Positions 44,862 through 60,727 of a DNA stretch of 64,000 nucleotides are shown piece by piece. The position numbers and the translations under genes were made by a program. This DNA is from a phage. The stretch's first letter is position 1; the number at the start of each line of letters is the position of its first letter. The stretch is taken from the NCBI GenBank assembly GCA_024911895.1, contig GCA_024911895.1_3948.1, one strand, 5' to 3'. The notes under the pieces were generated by a model, which saw nothing but the letters and a program-made list of their open reading frames with translations, had not been told where the DNA came from and made no database searches.

Positions 44862-45377
44862 ATGATTGATATCTACTTACAAGATGCTCATGCAGACTTC
44901 CTTAAAGAGATGCTTAAAAAGTTTATGGCTTCACAGTATGAGAATGAAGCATCTTTTAAAATAGTGACATGTGGTGACGAAGCTGGTTTTGTTGAGATTG
45001 AACATGAAGGTACTGGAAAGACTGTTTGTAAGTTACCTGATAGTATGTTCTCTAACACGTTCTTAACAAAGACTATTATAAATGTTAAGCTTGTGCCTCA
45101 GATTGAAACATACTCTGGTACAGATTACCCTAAAGGTTTTAAGTCACTGATGAAGTACTTCTTAGATGACTTTGTGAGTAATCTTCTGCGAGAGGTAAAA
45201 GAAAGTCGTACAGTGTTAACTGTAGAGAACATCGGAGGAACTGTCAGGGTTACTTCTGACTGTTTTGTGATGAGCCTCTTCGACTTCGTTCCTAAGAACT
45301 TTGATGGTATTCTGGATGAAGAAGATGACTGTGTAGACTTTATATTGGTTCTTGAGCCAGTTTTTGAGGTTAAATAA
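44862..45377 (+). CDS. hypothetical protein (171 aa)
   Basis: ORF. Confidence 0.5.
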   Translation: MIDIYLQDAHADFLKEMLKKFMASQYENEASFKIVTCGDEAGFVEIEHEGTGKTVCKLPDSMFSNTFLTKTIINVKLVPQIETYSGTDYPKGFKSLMKYFLDDFVSNLLREVKESRTVLTVENIGGTVRVTSDCFVMSLFDFVPKNFDGILDEEDDCVDFILVLEPVFEVK

Positions 45378-45638
45378 ATGAAAATTGAACACTGCTATGA
45401 GTCTGATGGAACACCTATCCGATGTCCACATTGTGGGTGTACAGACTTACAAGGTGAGGTAAGTGAAATAGTCAACGGTCATATTGCTGAAGAAAGTACA
45501 AGGTGTACAGGGTGTAATGAAATTATCGCTTTCTGGGCTTATGGTTCATACCAACCATCTCCACATTTTATCTACCATCGTAGTAAAGTCGTGAAGAGTG
45601 TCATTAACTGGTTCATTAAGAAAGGGTTTACAAAATGA
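45378..45638 (+). CDS. small zinc-ribbon protein (86 aa)
   Basis: CPHCGC ... CTGCNE. Confidence 0.5.
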   Translation: MKIEHCYESDGTPIRCPHCGCTDLQGEVSEIVNGHIAEESTRCTGCNEIIAFWAYGSYQPSPHFIYHRSKVVKSVINWFIKKGFTK

Positions 45639-46180
45639 TTAAGCTAATATTTGCAAGTGGTGAAAACGGTGAATTTGGTACACCTACTGGTATGCCGTGG
45701 CCTCGACATAAACAGGATATGCAAGAGTTTAAGAGACTCACTAAAAATAACTTAGTAGTCATGGGTAATGAGACTTTTAAGACTCTGGGTAGTAAACCTT
45801 TACCAGAACGTGCAAACCTTATCTTAACAAACTCTGTACCATATTTAGGCATAGACTTTGACAAAGATGAGATAATGTATGCTAAGGCCACTAAAGAGTC
45901 ATTTGGAGCATTTTTGAAGTATCTTGATAGCTCTATTGATGAAGATGTCTTTGTAATTGGTGGTGCAGGTGTCCTTGTAAATGCTTTACCATATGCTGAT
46001 GTAGTGTTCCATACAGTTTTCCATAAAGTTACTGAAGAGGCCACTGTGCATTTACCTTTTGAAAACTTCTTTGAGAAGTTGTATGATAGTCGTGTATTTG
46101 CAAAGGTGCAGTCAAGACCCTCCGATGATGGTAAAGCAACCTTTGAGATTTATGTTCCACAAGTAAAAGGACACTTTTGA
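45635..46180 (+). CDS. frd: dihydrofolate reductase
   Basis: N-terminal MIKLIFASGENGEFG..GMPWP...LVVMGNETFKTL, typical DHFR signature; 181 aa; directly upstream of thymidylate synthase. Confidence 0.75.
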   Translation: MIKLIFASGENGEFGTPTGMPWPRHKQDMQEFKRLTKNNLVVMGNETFKTLGSKPLPERANLILTNSVPYLGIDFDKDEIMYAKATKESFGAFLKYLDSSIDEDVFVIGGAGVLVNALPYADVVFHTVFHKVTEEATVHLPFENFFEKLYDSRVFAKVQSRPSDDGKATFEIYVPQVKGHF

Positions 46181-46181
46181 T

Positions 46182-47081
46182 ATGTCACAAGCTGATTTGA
46201 GTTACAAAAATATCATGAACCATGTTTTATCCGTTGGTGAACTGCGTACTACACGAACTGGAGATGTTATCTCTGCATTTGCTCCACCACAGTTTCGCTT
46301 TGATATGCGAACTGGTTTCCCGCTCTTAACATCTAAACAGGTGTTTACACGGCAAGTTATCGGAGAAGCTTTATGGTTCCTGAATGGTGAGAATAAACTT
46401 GGTGAACTCCGTTACCGTACTTGGGGTGAAAATGATGGAGAACGCTGGACTATCTGGTCAGATGATTTTAAACGCTGGTTAAGCTCTAACTATTCTTCTG
46501 AACAAGATTGGTTAGAGGATGCAGGTGGGAGAATCTACGGAGTTCAGTGGAGAAACTTTGAAGGTCATAATGGTTGTGTTGTAGACCAACTAGAGACCTT
46601 AGTAGCAAAGATGAAGGGTGATATCACAGACCGTTACATGCTTGTTAATGCTTGGAATGCAGCAGATATTGCAGCAAACTCAATGGCTTTAGCACCTTGT
46701 CATGTTCTGTTTCAGATTTATATCACTAATGAAGGGGAAGTAGATTTGCAATGGTATCAGCGTTCTGTAGACACCTTTTTAGGACTTCCATTTAACATTG
46801 CATCTTACGGCTTTATTCTGGAAGTTCTTTGTAAGATGACTGGGTACACTCCACGATACTTGATAGGTGTCTTTGGAGATACTCAAATTTATCAGAACCA
46901 TATGAAGCAGGTTTATGAACTGATGAATAATGAAGAGTTCCATGCGCCTACTTTTGAGATTGGTGTACAGCTTAACACTCTAAGTGACCTTAAACATCTT
47001 ACCGCAAGTGATTTTATTGGTGGTATTAGCAACTACAAACATGCAGGAAAGATTGAAGCACCTTTATCAGTGGGTAAGTAA
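46182..47081 (+). CDS. thyA: thymidylate synthase (ThyA type)
   Basis: active-site LAPCHVLFQIY and QRSVDTFLGLPFNIASYGFIL motifs; 299 aa. Confidence 0.8.
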   Translation: MSQADLSYKNIMNHVLSVGELRTTRTGDVISAFAPPQFRFDMRTGFPLLTSKQVFTRQVIGEALWFLNGENKLGELRYRTWGENDGERWTIWSDDFKRWLSSNYSSEQDWLEDAGGRIYGVQWRNFEGHNGCVVDQLETLVAKMKGDITDRYMLVNAWNAADIAANSMALAPCHVLFQIYITNEGEVDLQWYQRSVDTFLGLPFNIASYGFILEVLCKMTGYTPRYLIGVFGDTQIYQNHMKQVYELMNNEEFHAPTFEIGVQLNTLSDLKHLTASDFIGGISNYKHAGKIEAPLSVGK

Positions 47082-47082
47082 A

Positions 47083-47125
47083 AACAAAAAGGCTCCTTTT
47101 TACGGGAGCCTTAAAATTTTATTTT
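47083..47125. terminator. hairpin (AAGGCTCC..GGAGCCTT) between the convergent blocks; probable bidirectional terminator
   Basis: stem 47089..47096 / 47105..47112, flanked by A-run and T-run. Confidence 0.5.
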
Positions 47126-47490
47126 TCAGTATTCTTTGTGTTCTTTTCAGTAATAGCTTGGAGGGCTGATACTGATTGAGCCAGATTATTTACACTGTCA
47201 GAGAATTTATCAAGAGTTTTGGTAAGTTTTGCGTTTTCACCCTTAACATTCTCTAACTGAACTTTCTGGTTCTCCATCCCTAGTTGAATCAATCTCATGT
47301 CAGACTGTAAATCACGAATAGCTGAATAATTACTTTTGGAATAATTATCTAGCTGCTGTAACTTTGTTGTGATAGACACTTCTTGTTTACCATCCGAAAC
47401 TTGCATGGTGGTATACATCCCAATAACACTAAAAATACCAACTACAATTGCACCAATATTATTTTTAAAAGCTTCCTCTAGCCACTTCAT
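47119..47490 (-). CDS. membrane-anchored coiled-coil protein (123 aa); lysis or fiber-assembly accessory candidate
   Basis: N-terminal TM IGAIVVGIFSVIGMY then heptad-rich region; GGGGGAGAAA RBS. Confidence 0.45.
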   Translation of the reverse strand: MKWLEEAFKNNIGAIVVGIFSVIGMYTTMQVSDGKQEVSITTKLQQLDNYSKSNYSAIRDLQSDMRLIQLGMENQKVQLENVKGENAKLTKTLDKFSDSVNNLAQSVSALQAITEKNTKNTEK

Positions 47491-47685
47491 TTATTTCTCC
47501 CCCTTAAAAGCTTTTTCTAAGTTATCTACGAACTCATCATCAATAGGTGTATCTGTCTTACTTGCGAGATATCTTGCGAGTCTGAAGAACACTTTCTCAA
47601 TCATGTATTCACTTAGAAGGGATAAAATGAGTTTCCAGAAGAAGCTACCTAGATTTTTTAGAAGAATTGCTAGGATTGTAGGCAT
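47491..47685 (-). CDS. small membrane protein (64 aa), holin-like topology
   Basis: hydrophobic N-terminal half, charged C-terminus; TAA-ATG junction with the downstream gene. Confidence 0.35.
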   Translation of the reverse strand: MPTILAILLKNLGSFFWKLILSLLSEYMIEKVFFRLARYLASKTDTPIDDEFVDNLEKAFKGEK

Positions 47686-47764
47686 TTAATCACCTCATCA
47701 GCCAAGATGGTGAGAATACCCATAAAGAATATTAACACCATCTTAACAATCAGTCAACAAGGGA

Positions 47765-50314
47765 TTAAGCAGTTCTTACCCAAGCCATTAACTTATAGAA
47801 CTGGTTAGTTACACTAAATGCTGAACCAGAACCTGTACCACCAGTGTCGCCACTGAATGTGTGGTTGTGTCCACCAATACCTACACCGTGAGTATGAGCA
47901 TCTACCCAACTTGTTCTACCTGTCCAAGCTCTAGAGGCATAGAAGTTAACAGGAGTACCATAAGTGAAGTTATTACCTGTGAATCCTCTAGAGGCTTGTG
48001 AACCTGAGATAGCAAATGCCCCACTTGCTGTATAAAAGCTATTTGCGTCACTTCTGAAGAAACCGAAGTCGCCAGAGATTTCCATATTACCTCTGTCGTG
48101 GTCGTGAGCACCCTGACCATCTGTATACTTAGTGCCATAGTCAAACCAAGAAGTTGTTCCAGAGAAGCTATGCGTGTGTGAAGGTAAGTTACCAACAGAC
48201 AACGTTACAGAATCTGAACCACCAGTTGTAGCAACATCTGAACCATTTGCTGCTGCGATTCTGATAGTTCTACCAACACCATTATTCAGGTACGTCCAAG
48301 TTAACCCAGGAAGTGCTGTATTAGGGTTAACATTACTGTTAAACCACGTTACAATACCTACTGGATAGATTTTATTAAGGTCTGTGGAGTCACTGATGGC
48401 CTGTGCAATCTTCTGGTCAGTTTCAGTTTTAGTGTATGCACCGATGTCTGAAGGGGTTGGTTTTTGCAAACTTGTGTAGTATTTTGCAATTGTACCCTTC
48501 ACAATACCTTGCGGAGCATCATCAAATGTCTGTGGAACTTCAAACAACTGTACACTTGCATTACTAGAAGATTGAACTCTTGATGTTGTGTTATTTTGGT
48601 ATGAACCAACTCTACAGTAAATGTCATAAGTATCACCAGATGTATTAACATGACCGATATCAGTGATGATAGTATTATCTGATGTTCTCCAAGCCACGAC
48701 ATTTAAACCTTTCGGATAATCATTCGATGTTCGTAAAACAATCTCACACTTACCTGCTTGGTGTGGTGTATTGGCATTAAAACCTGACCCACCAAATACC
48801 TCAATGACAGCAGTGGAGGCTGATTGTGGCATAACAACAGTAGCAATTTTAGCCCATTTTTCATCGTATCCCATATTGAAGCTAGTGCTTCTGATTCTCA
48901 GGTATCTGCTATCGGCAGATGATTTGTTATAGTATCTCCCATCAATGTTAGTCCAGTCTTGTGGTTGAACCTGACCATTGATATACAGATTCTTATTTAC
49001 ACTTACTAACGTTGACTCAAGAGAAATCTGAGTCCCAGAAAAGCTGTTACTTAGTGTCACGTTATTACTATCTGCACCACCAATACCAACCCACCATCTT
49101 GATACATTAGCAGTGTCCACACCACGAATATATAATGGCTTGCTCTGAGTAGAGTTTTTAATAACTAGACCTTCGTTATCACTAACAACTGTCTGCACAC
49201 CATTAAAAGTATTCATTGCATTGGTTCTTGCAATTGTACTTAATGTTGCTGCCGGAATATATCTAGAGTCAATGTTAGACCAATCAGAAGGTTGAACTTG
49301 ACCAGTGATTTTTACACCCTTATTAAATGTTACACCAGACGCGTTTAATTTAATAGAAGTATCACCCTTGTAATCATAAAGTGTGATATTAGAGGTTGCA
49401 TCACCTTTACCAATAAACCACAAACCATTGTTTTCACTATCTCTTGCTAGGATGAACAAAGTATCATTAACAGTTTTATTTTTTAAAATGATAGCAGCCC
49501 CATCAGAGTTCACGCTAACATTATTACTGAATGTGTTTAAACCACTAAAAGTATTATTACCAGCTAACTGTGCAAATCTCTGATTAGCAACTGTCTGAGT
49601 GAAGTATCTAGCATCTAAGTTAGAGAAGTCAGAAGGTTTGACTTGACCAGTGATGCTTAATGTTTTATTGAGAGCCACGACACTAGATAGAATAACTTCA
49701 CAGTCTGTCTTGTGGTTGCGGATAGTAACATTATCACCCCCTGAACCATTACCGATATACCATCTATACTCACCAGCACTATCCTGACCTCTGATATATA
49801 ACGGTGAGTTCTCAGAAGAGTTTTTTAACCTAATAGCTTCACCATTTGCTTGGATAGTTTGTTGGGATGTAAAGATGTTATTTGCAGCAAGCCTTGCATA
49901 TCTTGCATCATTCTCTTCATTAGTTCTCATACCAAGCTCATTAGGACTTGGCTTATTCAGAGTATGATAAACAGTTGCTGACCTTGAAGCATCTGCAATA
50001 GTGAGTTTAAGACCATTTGAGTTAATTTTAAAAGTCTTTAAAATATCCCCAATAGTAATCTCGGAAGAGTCTGTAGGGTCAAATACTACCTTTCCACCGT
50101 AAAGCAACTTGACAATACCTAAATCCCCCGTCATAGTGCTCCCAGCAATCTGAACAAACCTTTCTAGTTTGAAGGAAGCTAAGAAGTCTTGATAGGTCAT
50201 TCTACGGTCTTCGTCACCCAACATTTCAGGTCTTTTCTTAACTCTGATGTGCAATAGGTCTTCTGAACGAATTGTGTCGATTGAGTTTAATTGACTCAAT
50301 TTGTAATCTGCCAT
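47765..50314 (-). CDS. long tail fiber protein (849 aa)
   Basis: three internal ~80-aa repeats (..IRLKNSSENSPLYIRG.., ..IILKNKTVNDTLFILAR.., ..LVIKNSTQSKPLYIRGV..); His-rich C-terminus (HTHSFSGTT, HTHGVGIGGHNHTFSG). Confidence 0.7.
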   Translation of the reverse strand: MADYKLSQLNSIDTIRSEDLLHIRVKKRPEMLGDEDRRMTYQDFLASFKLERFVQIAGSTMTGDLGIVKLLYGGKVVFDPTDSSEITIGDILKTFKINSNGLKLTIADASRSATVYHTLNKPSPNELGMRTNEENDARYARLAANNIFTSQQTIQANGEAIRLKNSSENSPLYIRGQDSAGEYRWYIGNGSGGDNVTIRNHKTDCEVILSSVVALNKTLSITGQVKPSDFSNLDARYFTQTVANQRFAQLAGNNTFSGLNTFSNNVSVNSDGAAIILKNKTVNDTLFILARDSENNGLWFIGKGDATSNITLYDYKGDTSIKLNASGVTFNKGVKITGQVQPSDWSNIDSRYIPAATLSTIARTNAMNTFNGVQTVVSDNEGLVIKNSTQSKPLYIRGVDTANVSRWWVGIGGADSNNVTLSNSFSGTQISLESTLVSVNKNLYINGQVQPQDWTNIDGRYYNKSSADSRYLRIRSTSFNMGYDEKWAKIATVVMPQSASTAVIEVFGGSGFNANTPHQAGKCEIVLRTSNDYPKGLNVVAWRTSDNTIITDIGHVNTSGDTYDIYCRVGSYQNNTTSRVQSSSNASVQLFEVPQTFDDAPQGIVKGTIAKYYTSLQKPTPSDIGAYTKTETDQKIAQAISDSTDLNKIYPVGIVTWFNSNVNPNTALPGLTWTYLNNGVGRTIRIAAANGSDVATTGGSDSVTLSVGNLPSHTHSFSGTTSWFDYGTKYTDGQGAHDHDRGNMEISGDFGFFRSDANSFYTASGAFAISGSQASRGFTGNNFTYGTPVNFYASRAWTGRTSWVDAHTHGVGIGGHNHTFSGDTGGTGSGSAFSVTNQFYKLMAWVRTA

Positions 50315-50333
50315 TATAAATTTTCCTCTTAAA

Positions 50334-50351
50334 AGGGGCTATAAAGCCCCT
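50334..50351 (-). terminator. hairpin (AGGGGCT-ATAA-AGCCCCT) followed by UUUUAAGAGG and the next ATG: attenuating terminator/RBS module between the two fiber genes
   Basis: read directly; the same module type occurs at 2253..2269. Confidence 0.45.
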
Positions 50352-50360
50352 GTAAAGAAA

Positions 50361-51536
50361 TTAAGCTGTTCTTTGCCACACATATACTACAAAAGATGGT
50401 TGCTCAACACTGAAAGCTTGACCACCACCAACAGAACCAGATGTTCCTGAGTGTGTATGTTCAGAGCTAGAGACAGTAACAGTGCCAGTATGACTGTGTG
50501 AACCAATATTAACAGTGTGGCTATGAGCACCAATTGCAACAGTATGGCTATGAGCACCAGATGATGCAGTTGTGCCTGAGAAGCTATGGGTGTGAGCACC
50601 TGCTAAATCAGTATACGAAGCATTACCAACCCCAGCATCAGCAGACGCGGTAATAGCATTCCACCCACTCCTATCATTACCTCTCAGTGGTACTCTATGG
50701 TTATGGTTACCTTCATTACTTGTTGTTCCGCTAAATGTGTGAGCGTGAGCACCAGCACCATCTGTTGCCTTCGTACCATAATCGAAAGTTGATGTACTTC
50801 TTGAACCATAATCAAAACTGGAGATAGATGCACTTGCAGAGTGTGTATGACCACCACCTGTTAAATAGATAGAGTGAGTATGTGCTGGTAAATTATTATT
50901 TGTTAATGCTACAGTCTGAGAACCAAACGTTGAACCAACAGGTCTAGAGTCTGTATCATAACCAACTAGTGCCCTACCTTTAGAGACTAACTCCCAAGTA
51001 CCTCCACAGAGTAAGTAAGTGGATGGGTTAGCAGAGTTAACAGACAGATGAATAGTACCTACTGGATAAGAGGCTTGAATAGCTTTGTATAGATTATTCA
51101 CTGCTCTCGCGGTAGCATATTTATCAGCATCTTCATTGTACAGGTTGGATGTTGTCCAGTTCTGAACATTACTTAATCCAACCTGTGCTTTCGTTGTATT
51201 GTGTGGGTTACTTTTGTCGTCAATATGTTGCTGGATTAAGTTATTCACTTCCTCTGACGACATAATTTGTAGATTTGCTCTTGCCTCAGCAACATTTACA
51301 ATATCTGACAAGTTATTAGCTGCAACTAATTGAAGAGAGTTAATAACATTATCAAGACCAACTTGTGATTTAGTTACACCATGAGGGTTATTCCTCAAAG
51401 ATGCGTGAGGTGCTAACAACTGTTCAAGCGTACATCTTTTATCCTCAACACCTTGCTTAAGATGGAAGATATCACTCAAATCAATTGGTAAGGCCGCTTG
51501 TGGCAAGGCACTAATTTGAATTTCACCTACTGCCAT
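50361..51536 (-). CDS. tail fiber protein (391 aa) with phage tail-fibre repeats and His-rich C-terminal region
   Basis: repeats NPHGVTKSQVGLDNV / NPHNTTKAQVGLSNV; HTHSIYLTGGGHTHS, AHAHTFSGTT; C-terminus similar to that of the 849-aa fiber. Confidence 0.7.
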   Translation of the reverse strand: MAVGEIQISALPQAALPIDLSDIFHLKQGVEDKRCTLEQLLAPHASLRNNPHGVTKSQVGLDNVINSLQLVAANNLSDIVNVAEARANLQIMSSEEVNNLIQQHIDDKSNPHNTTKAQVGLSNVQNWTTSNLYNEDADKYATARAVNNLYKAIQASYPVGTIHLSVNSANPSTYLLCGGTWELVSKGRALVGYDTDSRPVGSTFGSQTVALTNNNLPAHTHSIYLTGGGHTHSASASISSFDYGSRSTSTFDYGTKATDGAGAHAHTFSGTTSNEGNHNHRVPLRGNDRSGWNAITASADAGVGNASYTDLAGAHTHSFSGTTASSGAHSHTVAIGAHSHTVNIGSHSHTGTVTVSSSEHTHSGTSGSVGGGQAFSVEQPSFVVYVWQRTA

Positions 51537-51538
51537 TA

Positions 51539-51841
51539 TTAAGCTCCTACATATTCATATGTGTAAAGGTTTCTTGTACTTGTTGATGCAGTCCCTGTCT
51601 CAGACTTAATTAGATTCCAGCCATTAGCCACTAAATCTGGTTGCTCGGTTGCATAGGAGCGAACTTCACCAACAGTGCCATTTACTTTATTCAGCAGGTA
51701 GTTGATAATATAGTTGAACCACTGTCTACCCATAGGCTCACCCTTTAAAAGACCTGTCTCTTGAACTTCCGTTGGTGGTAAAACTTTTAACTGATTACCA
51801 TCAGTATCCACTTCATTTGTAGACCAATTTAAAACTGCCAT
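51539..51841 (-). CDS. small tail-fiber-associated protein (100 aa)
   Basis: position between baseplate and fiber genes; [16 protein letters not shown] segment. Confidence 0.4.
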   Translation of the reverse strand: MAVLNWSTNEVDTDGNQLKVLPPTEVQETGLLKGEPMGRQWFNYIINYLLNKVNGTVGEVRSYATEQPDLVANGWNLIKSETGTASTSTRNLYTYEYVGA

Positions 51842-52695
51842 TAAGAATTTCCTTCTTGTTGTGATTTATCTTTTCTGCCTTTGACAATTTGTGCAACCTC
51901 AGCCATGATTCCATATGCACCACCTGCAATAGCTTCTTTACCAACGATGAAATATCCACTAGTATTAGACCTATCTACAGCCATGTAATCATCACTCTGT
52001 GAGTTTGCTGTTCTGTCAACCTTAAAGTAACCATCAATAACACCAGCATCTGCAAGACTTCCTACTAGGTTGGACTCCAGAGAGCCACCAGTGTTATTTG
52101 TGACAAGACCCCTGTTAGCATCAGTTACAAACCAGTTCTCTTTATCATCAACAATAGCAAGTGCTGAGTCAGCAACCTCTACAGGTGTCCAAGCAGTTCC
52201 ATTTAAAGTAACATCTCTTAAGATAACAGCAGAACCAGTAGTTGTTGCAGAAATCTTTGACAGTGTATATGCAGCATCAAGAACGCTCTTTCTGGTGTTA
52301 ATACGGATAACGATACCACCAGTCTTAGGGGTAATATGCTCAAAAATCTGAGAGAAAGTTGCACCATATAGTGTCATAATTGCTTTTTGCAAGAATGTTG
52401 GAGTAGTGTCAGAGCGTCTTAGGAAGATTTGGATATAAAGCATAGCTCTATATGTTTCATCATCAGCACCTAAAGGTCTAGGAACTTTAATCAGTGAGCC
52501 AATATTATCAAGTTGTTGGCCTACTGACGTCCTAATATTTCTCTCTGTGTGCATCTGCCAGCAAACATCCTCTAGTGTTTGTAGCTCATCAGTGACTGCT
52601 TTCAAGATGCTTGTGTAGATAAATTTATCTTTAAACTGTGTTACAGTTCGTTCATCAAGTGTTTTGTAATAAACACTATCAATCTTTTCAAACAT
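51841..52695 (-). CDS. baseplate protein (gpI-like, fiber attachment)
   Basis: synteny: directly downstream of the J-like baseplate gene. Confidence 0.35.
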   Translation of the reverse strand: MFEKIDSVYYKTLDERTVTQFKDKFIYTSILKAVTDELQTLEDVCWQMHTERNIRTSVGQQLDNIGSLIKVPRPLGADDETYRAMLYIQIFLRRSDTTPTFLQKAIMTLYGATFSQIFEHITPKTGGIVIRINTRKSVLDAAYTLSKISATTTGSAVILRDVTLNGTAWTPVEVADSALAIVDDKENWFVTDANRGLVTNNTGGSLESNLVGSLADAGVIDGYFKVDRTANSQSDDYMAVDRSNTSGYFIVGKEAIAGGAYGIMAEVAQIVKGRKDKSQQEGNS

Positions 52696-52697
52696 TA

Positions 52698-54166
52698 TTA
52701 CTCCTTAGCGATGGTATACTGGCTGCTTTCCCAAACAGTATATTGGTCACCGTCAACAGTAATTCTTGCTGTAGTATATTGTCCGTCACTAGGTGGAACT
52801 GATTGGCTGTTTGATAAGGCTACTTTAACCTCGTTAATCTCAATACCTTTAATTACGTCATAGATATATCCGTAGATTCTGTTAGGGATAACGTCATTAC
52901 CAACCTTAAGAGTTCTTCCGTAGGCATTAATACCTTGTACAATACTGTCTCTGATATCCTCTTCAGGGATTGTCAAGCTCTCTTCGTCATATAAAGAGTA
53001 AGAGACTTTAACAAATGCGTATTTTGGTGTTGGTCTGCTAAAATAAATATTATGTGCTAAACCACCTAAATCATAGGCTGTGCCAAAAATCGAGCCATAA
53101 GCCCTAATACCAGCAGGTTTTGTATCCCAGATTGCTTGAGCAACATTATCATTTTGACCACCAACTACGACAATCTTAAAAGATTTTGGTGGAAGACCTT
53201 CTGAGTTTGTCTCTTCAGTATCATTTTCAACACCTGAAGCATCTGAGACCCCTTGAACTCTTTTAACAGCAGCTACAATTGCATCCAAAGTCCCTACACC
53301 AGTAACTGCTAATGATTCTAAATATCTCTGTCTAAGTTCTGTGTCAGTTTCTTCGTTTCTACCAGTTGTTAAGTCATACCTGTTATAGATGCTGTCAAGA
53401 CCATCAACAGTTGTCTCAATCTCAATAAGAGTTCCAGCTAAAGCAGGAATAGCACCAACCTCTTCAGCCACTACATCTGAGATAGTTGTAATCTTTGTAA
53501 AGGTCAGAAACGTTGTCGCAGTAACAACCATAGGGTTTGTTCTTGCAATGATATCACCCTCATCTTTATAGATTCTTAATGAGGCTCCATCATTGATAAC
53601 TTCTGCTTTTGCTACAATACCACCATTAATAGCCTCTGCTAATTTAGTTAGTAGTGTGGTAATTGTGTCTGATGAGGTTGGTTTATATGAGAAAATAATG
53701 TTATCAATAATAATAACATAATCTGCATCAGTTCGTAAAGAGTTAACTTCAAGAACAGCTTCAACACAATATGATGGGGTAAGGGTAATATTGTTAACTG
53801 GATAAAAGATATTTCCAGCAGTACTTCTCAATCTTGTTGTTGAAGAGATGGTAGCACCAGTTGTTCCAGTGAACTCAACCTGACCCCTTGTTGCCTGAGC
53901 AACATATCTGTATACAGCATTCAAAGCTGTAATATCATCAAGGTTAAATCCTTCAGCCTTGTCAATTGTCCCGCCGTCATAGATTTCTGATAGAATCTCG
54001 TGTGTATCTGCTAAAGACCTTGCAATTGAAGCTAGGAAGAGACCTAACTGGCTATCTTCAGAGACGTCAAGGTTTGGTGAAATATCTCTAAGAAGTCTTG
54101 ATTTGATATTATCAAAAATTTCCTGATATCTTAGAGTTTGTAATCCTGTTGTAGTTAATCCTGCCA

Positions 54167-54167
<1 letters not shown>
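52698..54167 (-). CDS. baseplate J-like protein (489 aa)
   Basis: size and position after the gp25/gpW-like gene. Confidence 0.45.
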
Positions 54168-59551
<5,384 letters not shown>

Positions 59552-59552
<1 letters not shown>

Positions 59553-59791
59553 TACATTTTTCCTGCTCTTCTAAGTTCGTTGTAAGCAATTTCCTCTTTA
59601 TACGACCTCTGAATCTCAAGAAATTGTCTCAATGATAATAAATCAGAGAATGTCATAGCAAAGAGTTGGTCAAGTGTTTCTTTACACCCTTCCATACCAT
59701 AAATAGCAAGCACAAATTTCATCTCGTCTGCTTCTTCATAGGTTGCCTCTACAGCAGCATCAGTTAGTGGTGTCTGTAGAGTGTTACCCAT
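59552..59791 (-). CDS. tail assembly chaperone, -1 frame partner (probable C-terminal extension of a frameshift fusion)
   Basis: lies in the -1 frame relative to 59794..60192; that frame is open from the slippery site to this ORF; no RBS before its ATG. Confidence 0.5.
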
Positions 59792-59793
59792 GT

Positions 59794-60192
59794 TTACTGA
59801 GAAGTTAGGCTTTTGAAAATGCTTGCTTCGAAAAAACTTCCGAAGTTTGCCTCCAGCGCAAATGCTAAGTAATCAATAAATTCACCGTAATTTGCTTGGA
59901 AGTAGGTATCGATATTTAGTGGGAAGTCATCAACAGTTGCTCCTTGAAATAGTAGGTTAGCCATTTCTTCAAGGTTAATTTCTTCAATTCTGTCAAAACA
60001 AGCTTCAACAAGTTCTTTAAATGGAACCATTGGAGCTTCTTTCTTACCCTTGTCAGTCAGACTTGACAGCATCTGTGCAAAAGTTGGAACAACAATTTTA
60101 CCCAACTTCATAGACATCTTAATACCATCTCTTGCCCCAAGCAGAACGATATTTACTTTCTTACCATTAATTACTCTAGCTTCTGTTTTCAT
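59794..60192 (-). CDS. tail assembly chaperone (gpG/E-like)
   Basis: 132 aa, between the tail tube and tape measure genes; contains the slippery site near its 3' end. Confidence 0.5.
   Translation of the reverse strand: MKTEARVINGKKVNIVLLGARDGIKMSMKLGKIVVPTFAQMLSSLTDKGKKEAPMVPFKELVEACFDRIEEINLEEMANLLFQGATVDDFPLNIDTYFQANYGEFIDYLAFALEANFGSFFEASIFKSLTSQ
59830..59836 (-). other. candidate -1 programmed ribosomal frameshift site, heptamer T_TTT_TTC (codons AGT TTT TTC)
   Basis: heptamer is in the zero frame of 59794..60192, 11 codons before its stop; -1 frame reads FFRSKHFQKPNFSVN-MGNTLQTP.. without a stop. Confidence 0.5.
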
Positions 60193-60213
60193 TGTGATTC
60201 CTTAATACTTTTA

Positions 60214-60253
60214 AAAGAAACAAAAAAGGGGAAGACCTTTTAAAGTCTCCCCC
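60214..60253 (-). terminator. intrinsic terminator after the tail tube gene (9-bp stem with one mismatch, then U-run)
   Basis: plus GGGGAAGAC-CTTTTAAA-GTCTCCCCC at 60228..60253; minus-strand T-run at 60214..60227. Confidence 0.55.
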
Positions 60254-60265
60254 TTATAGGATTTA

Positions 60266-60712
60266 TTAAACACTTGACGCTGGAATTGTAGAAGTGTAGT
60301 CTAGCTTCTCACAACCAAAAATCCAAGTCTTAGAGTTCTGGTCACGACCAAGTTCAATCTGTGGTAGTTCCTGCAACCAAGCGTTAATACCAGTTGCCAG
60401 AACAGAGCCTGATGGGTCGTAGATTACGAAGTTAGAAGAGATATCTTCTTCAAGTTCCATATTGTCTTGTTTAGCTTGAATTGCAGAAAGCATCTGGTTA
60501 GAGAGAGAAGTCTGCATTAGCTCAATCTCGATAGTACCTGTCTTGTCTGCATTTCTTGTCAGAGCAACTTGACCACCTGCACCTACAACTGGTGTCACAA
60601 GTGGTGATGTTCTCTGTAGACGTAAGAATGAGTCTGGGGCAAAGCCTTCAATGGCAATACCATTCCAGCTACACACAACGTCTTTAGGGGAATATTGCTG
60701 ATACATAGCCAT
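60266..60712 (-). CDS. tail tube protein
   Basis: 148 aa, directly downstream of the sheath gene and followed by a strong terminator. Confidence 0.5.
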   Translation of the reverse strand: MAMYQQYSPKDVVCSWNGIAIEGFAPDSFLRLQRTSPLVTPVVGAGGQVALTRNADKTGTIEIELMQTSLSNQMLSAIQAKQDNMELEEDISSNFVIYDPSGSVLATGINAWLQELPQIELGRDQNSKTWIFGCEKLDYTSTIPASSV

Positions 60713-60727
60713 TCCAATTTACCTCTA

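Noticed and set aside
22104-47081. group I introns or inteins interrupting nrdA, nrdB, nrdD, thymidylate synthase or the DNA polymerase
   Set aside because: Each gene is one uninterrupted ORF of normal length with its motifs in order; the homing endonucleases are free-standing, not intron-encoded.
47083-47125. classifying the convergence-point hairpin as a clean plus-strand terminator
   Set aside because: On the plus strand the stem is followed by AAAA before the T-run, so termination of the thymidylate synthase transcript is less certain than for the minus-strand direction; annotated as probable bidirectional with reduced confidence.
47119-47490. embedded o-spanin inside the membrane/coiled-coil protein gene
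   Set aside because: Both alternative minus-strand frames were translated by hand; the only internal ATG-initiated frames are 14 and 19 codons long with no signal peptide or lipobox.
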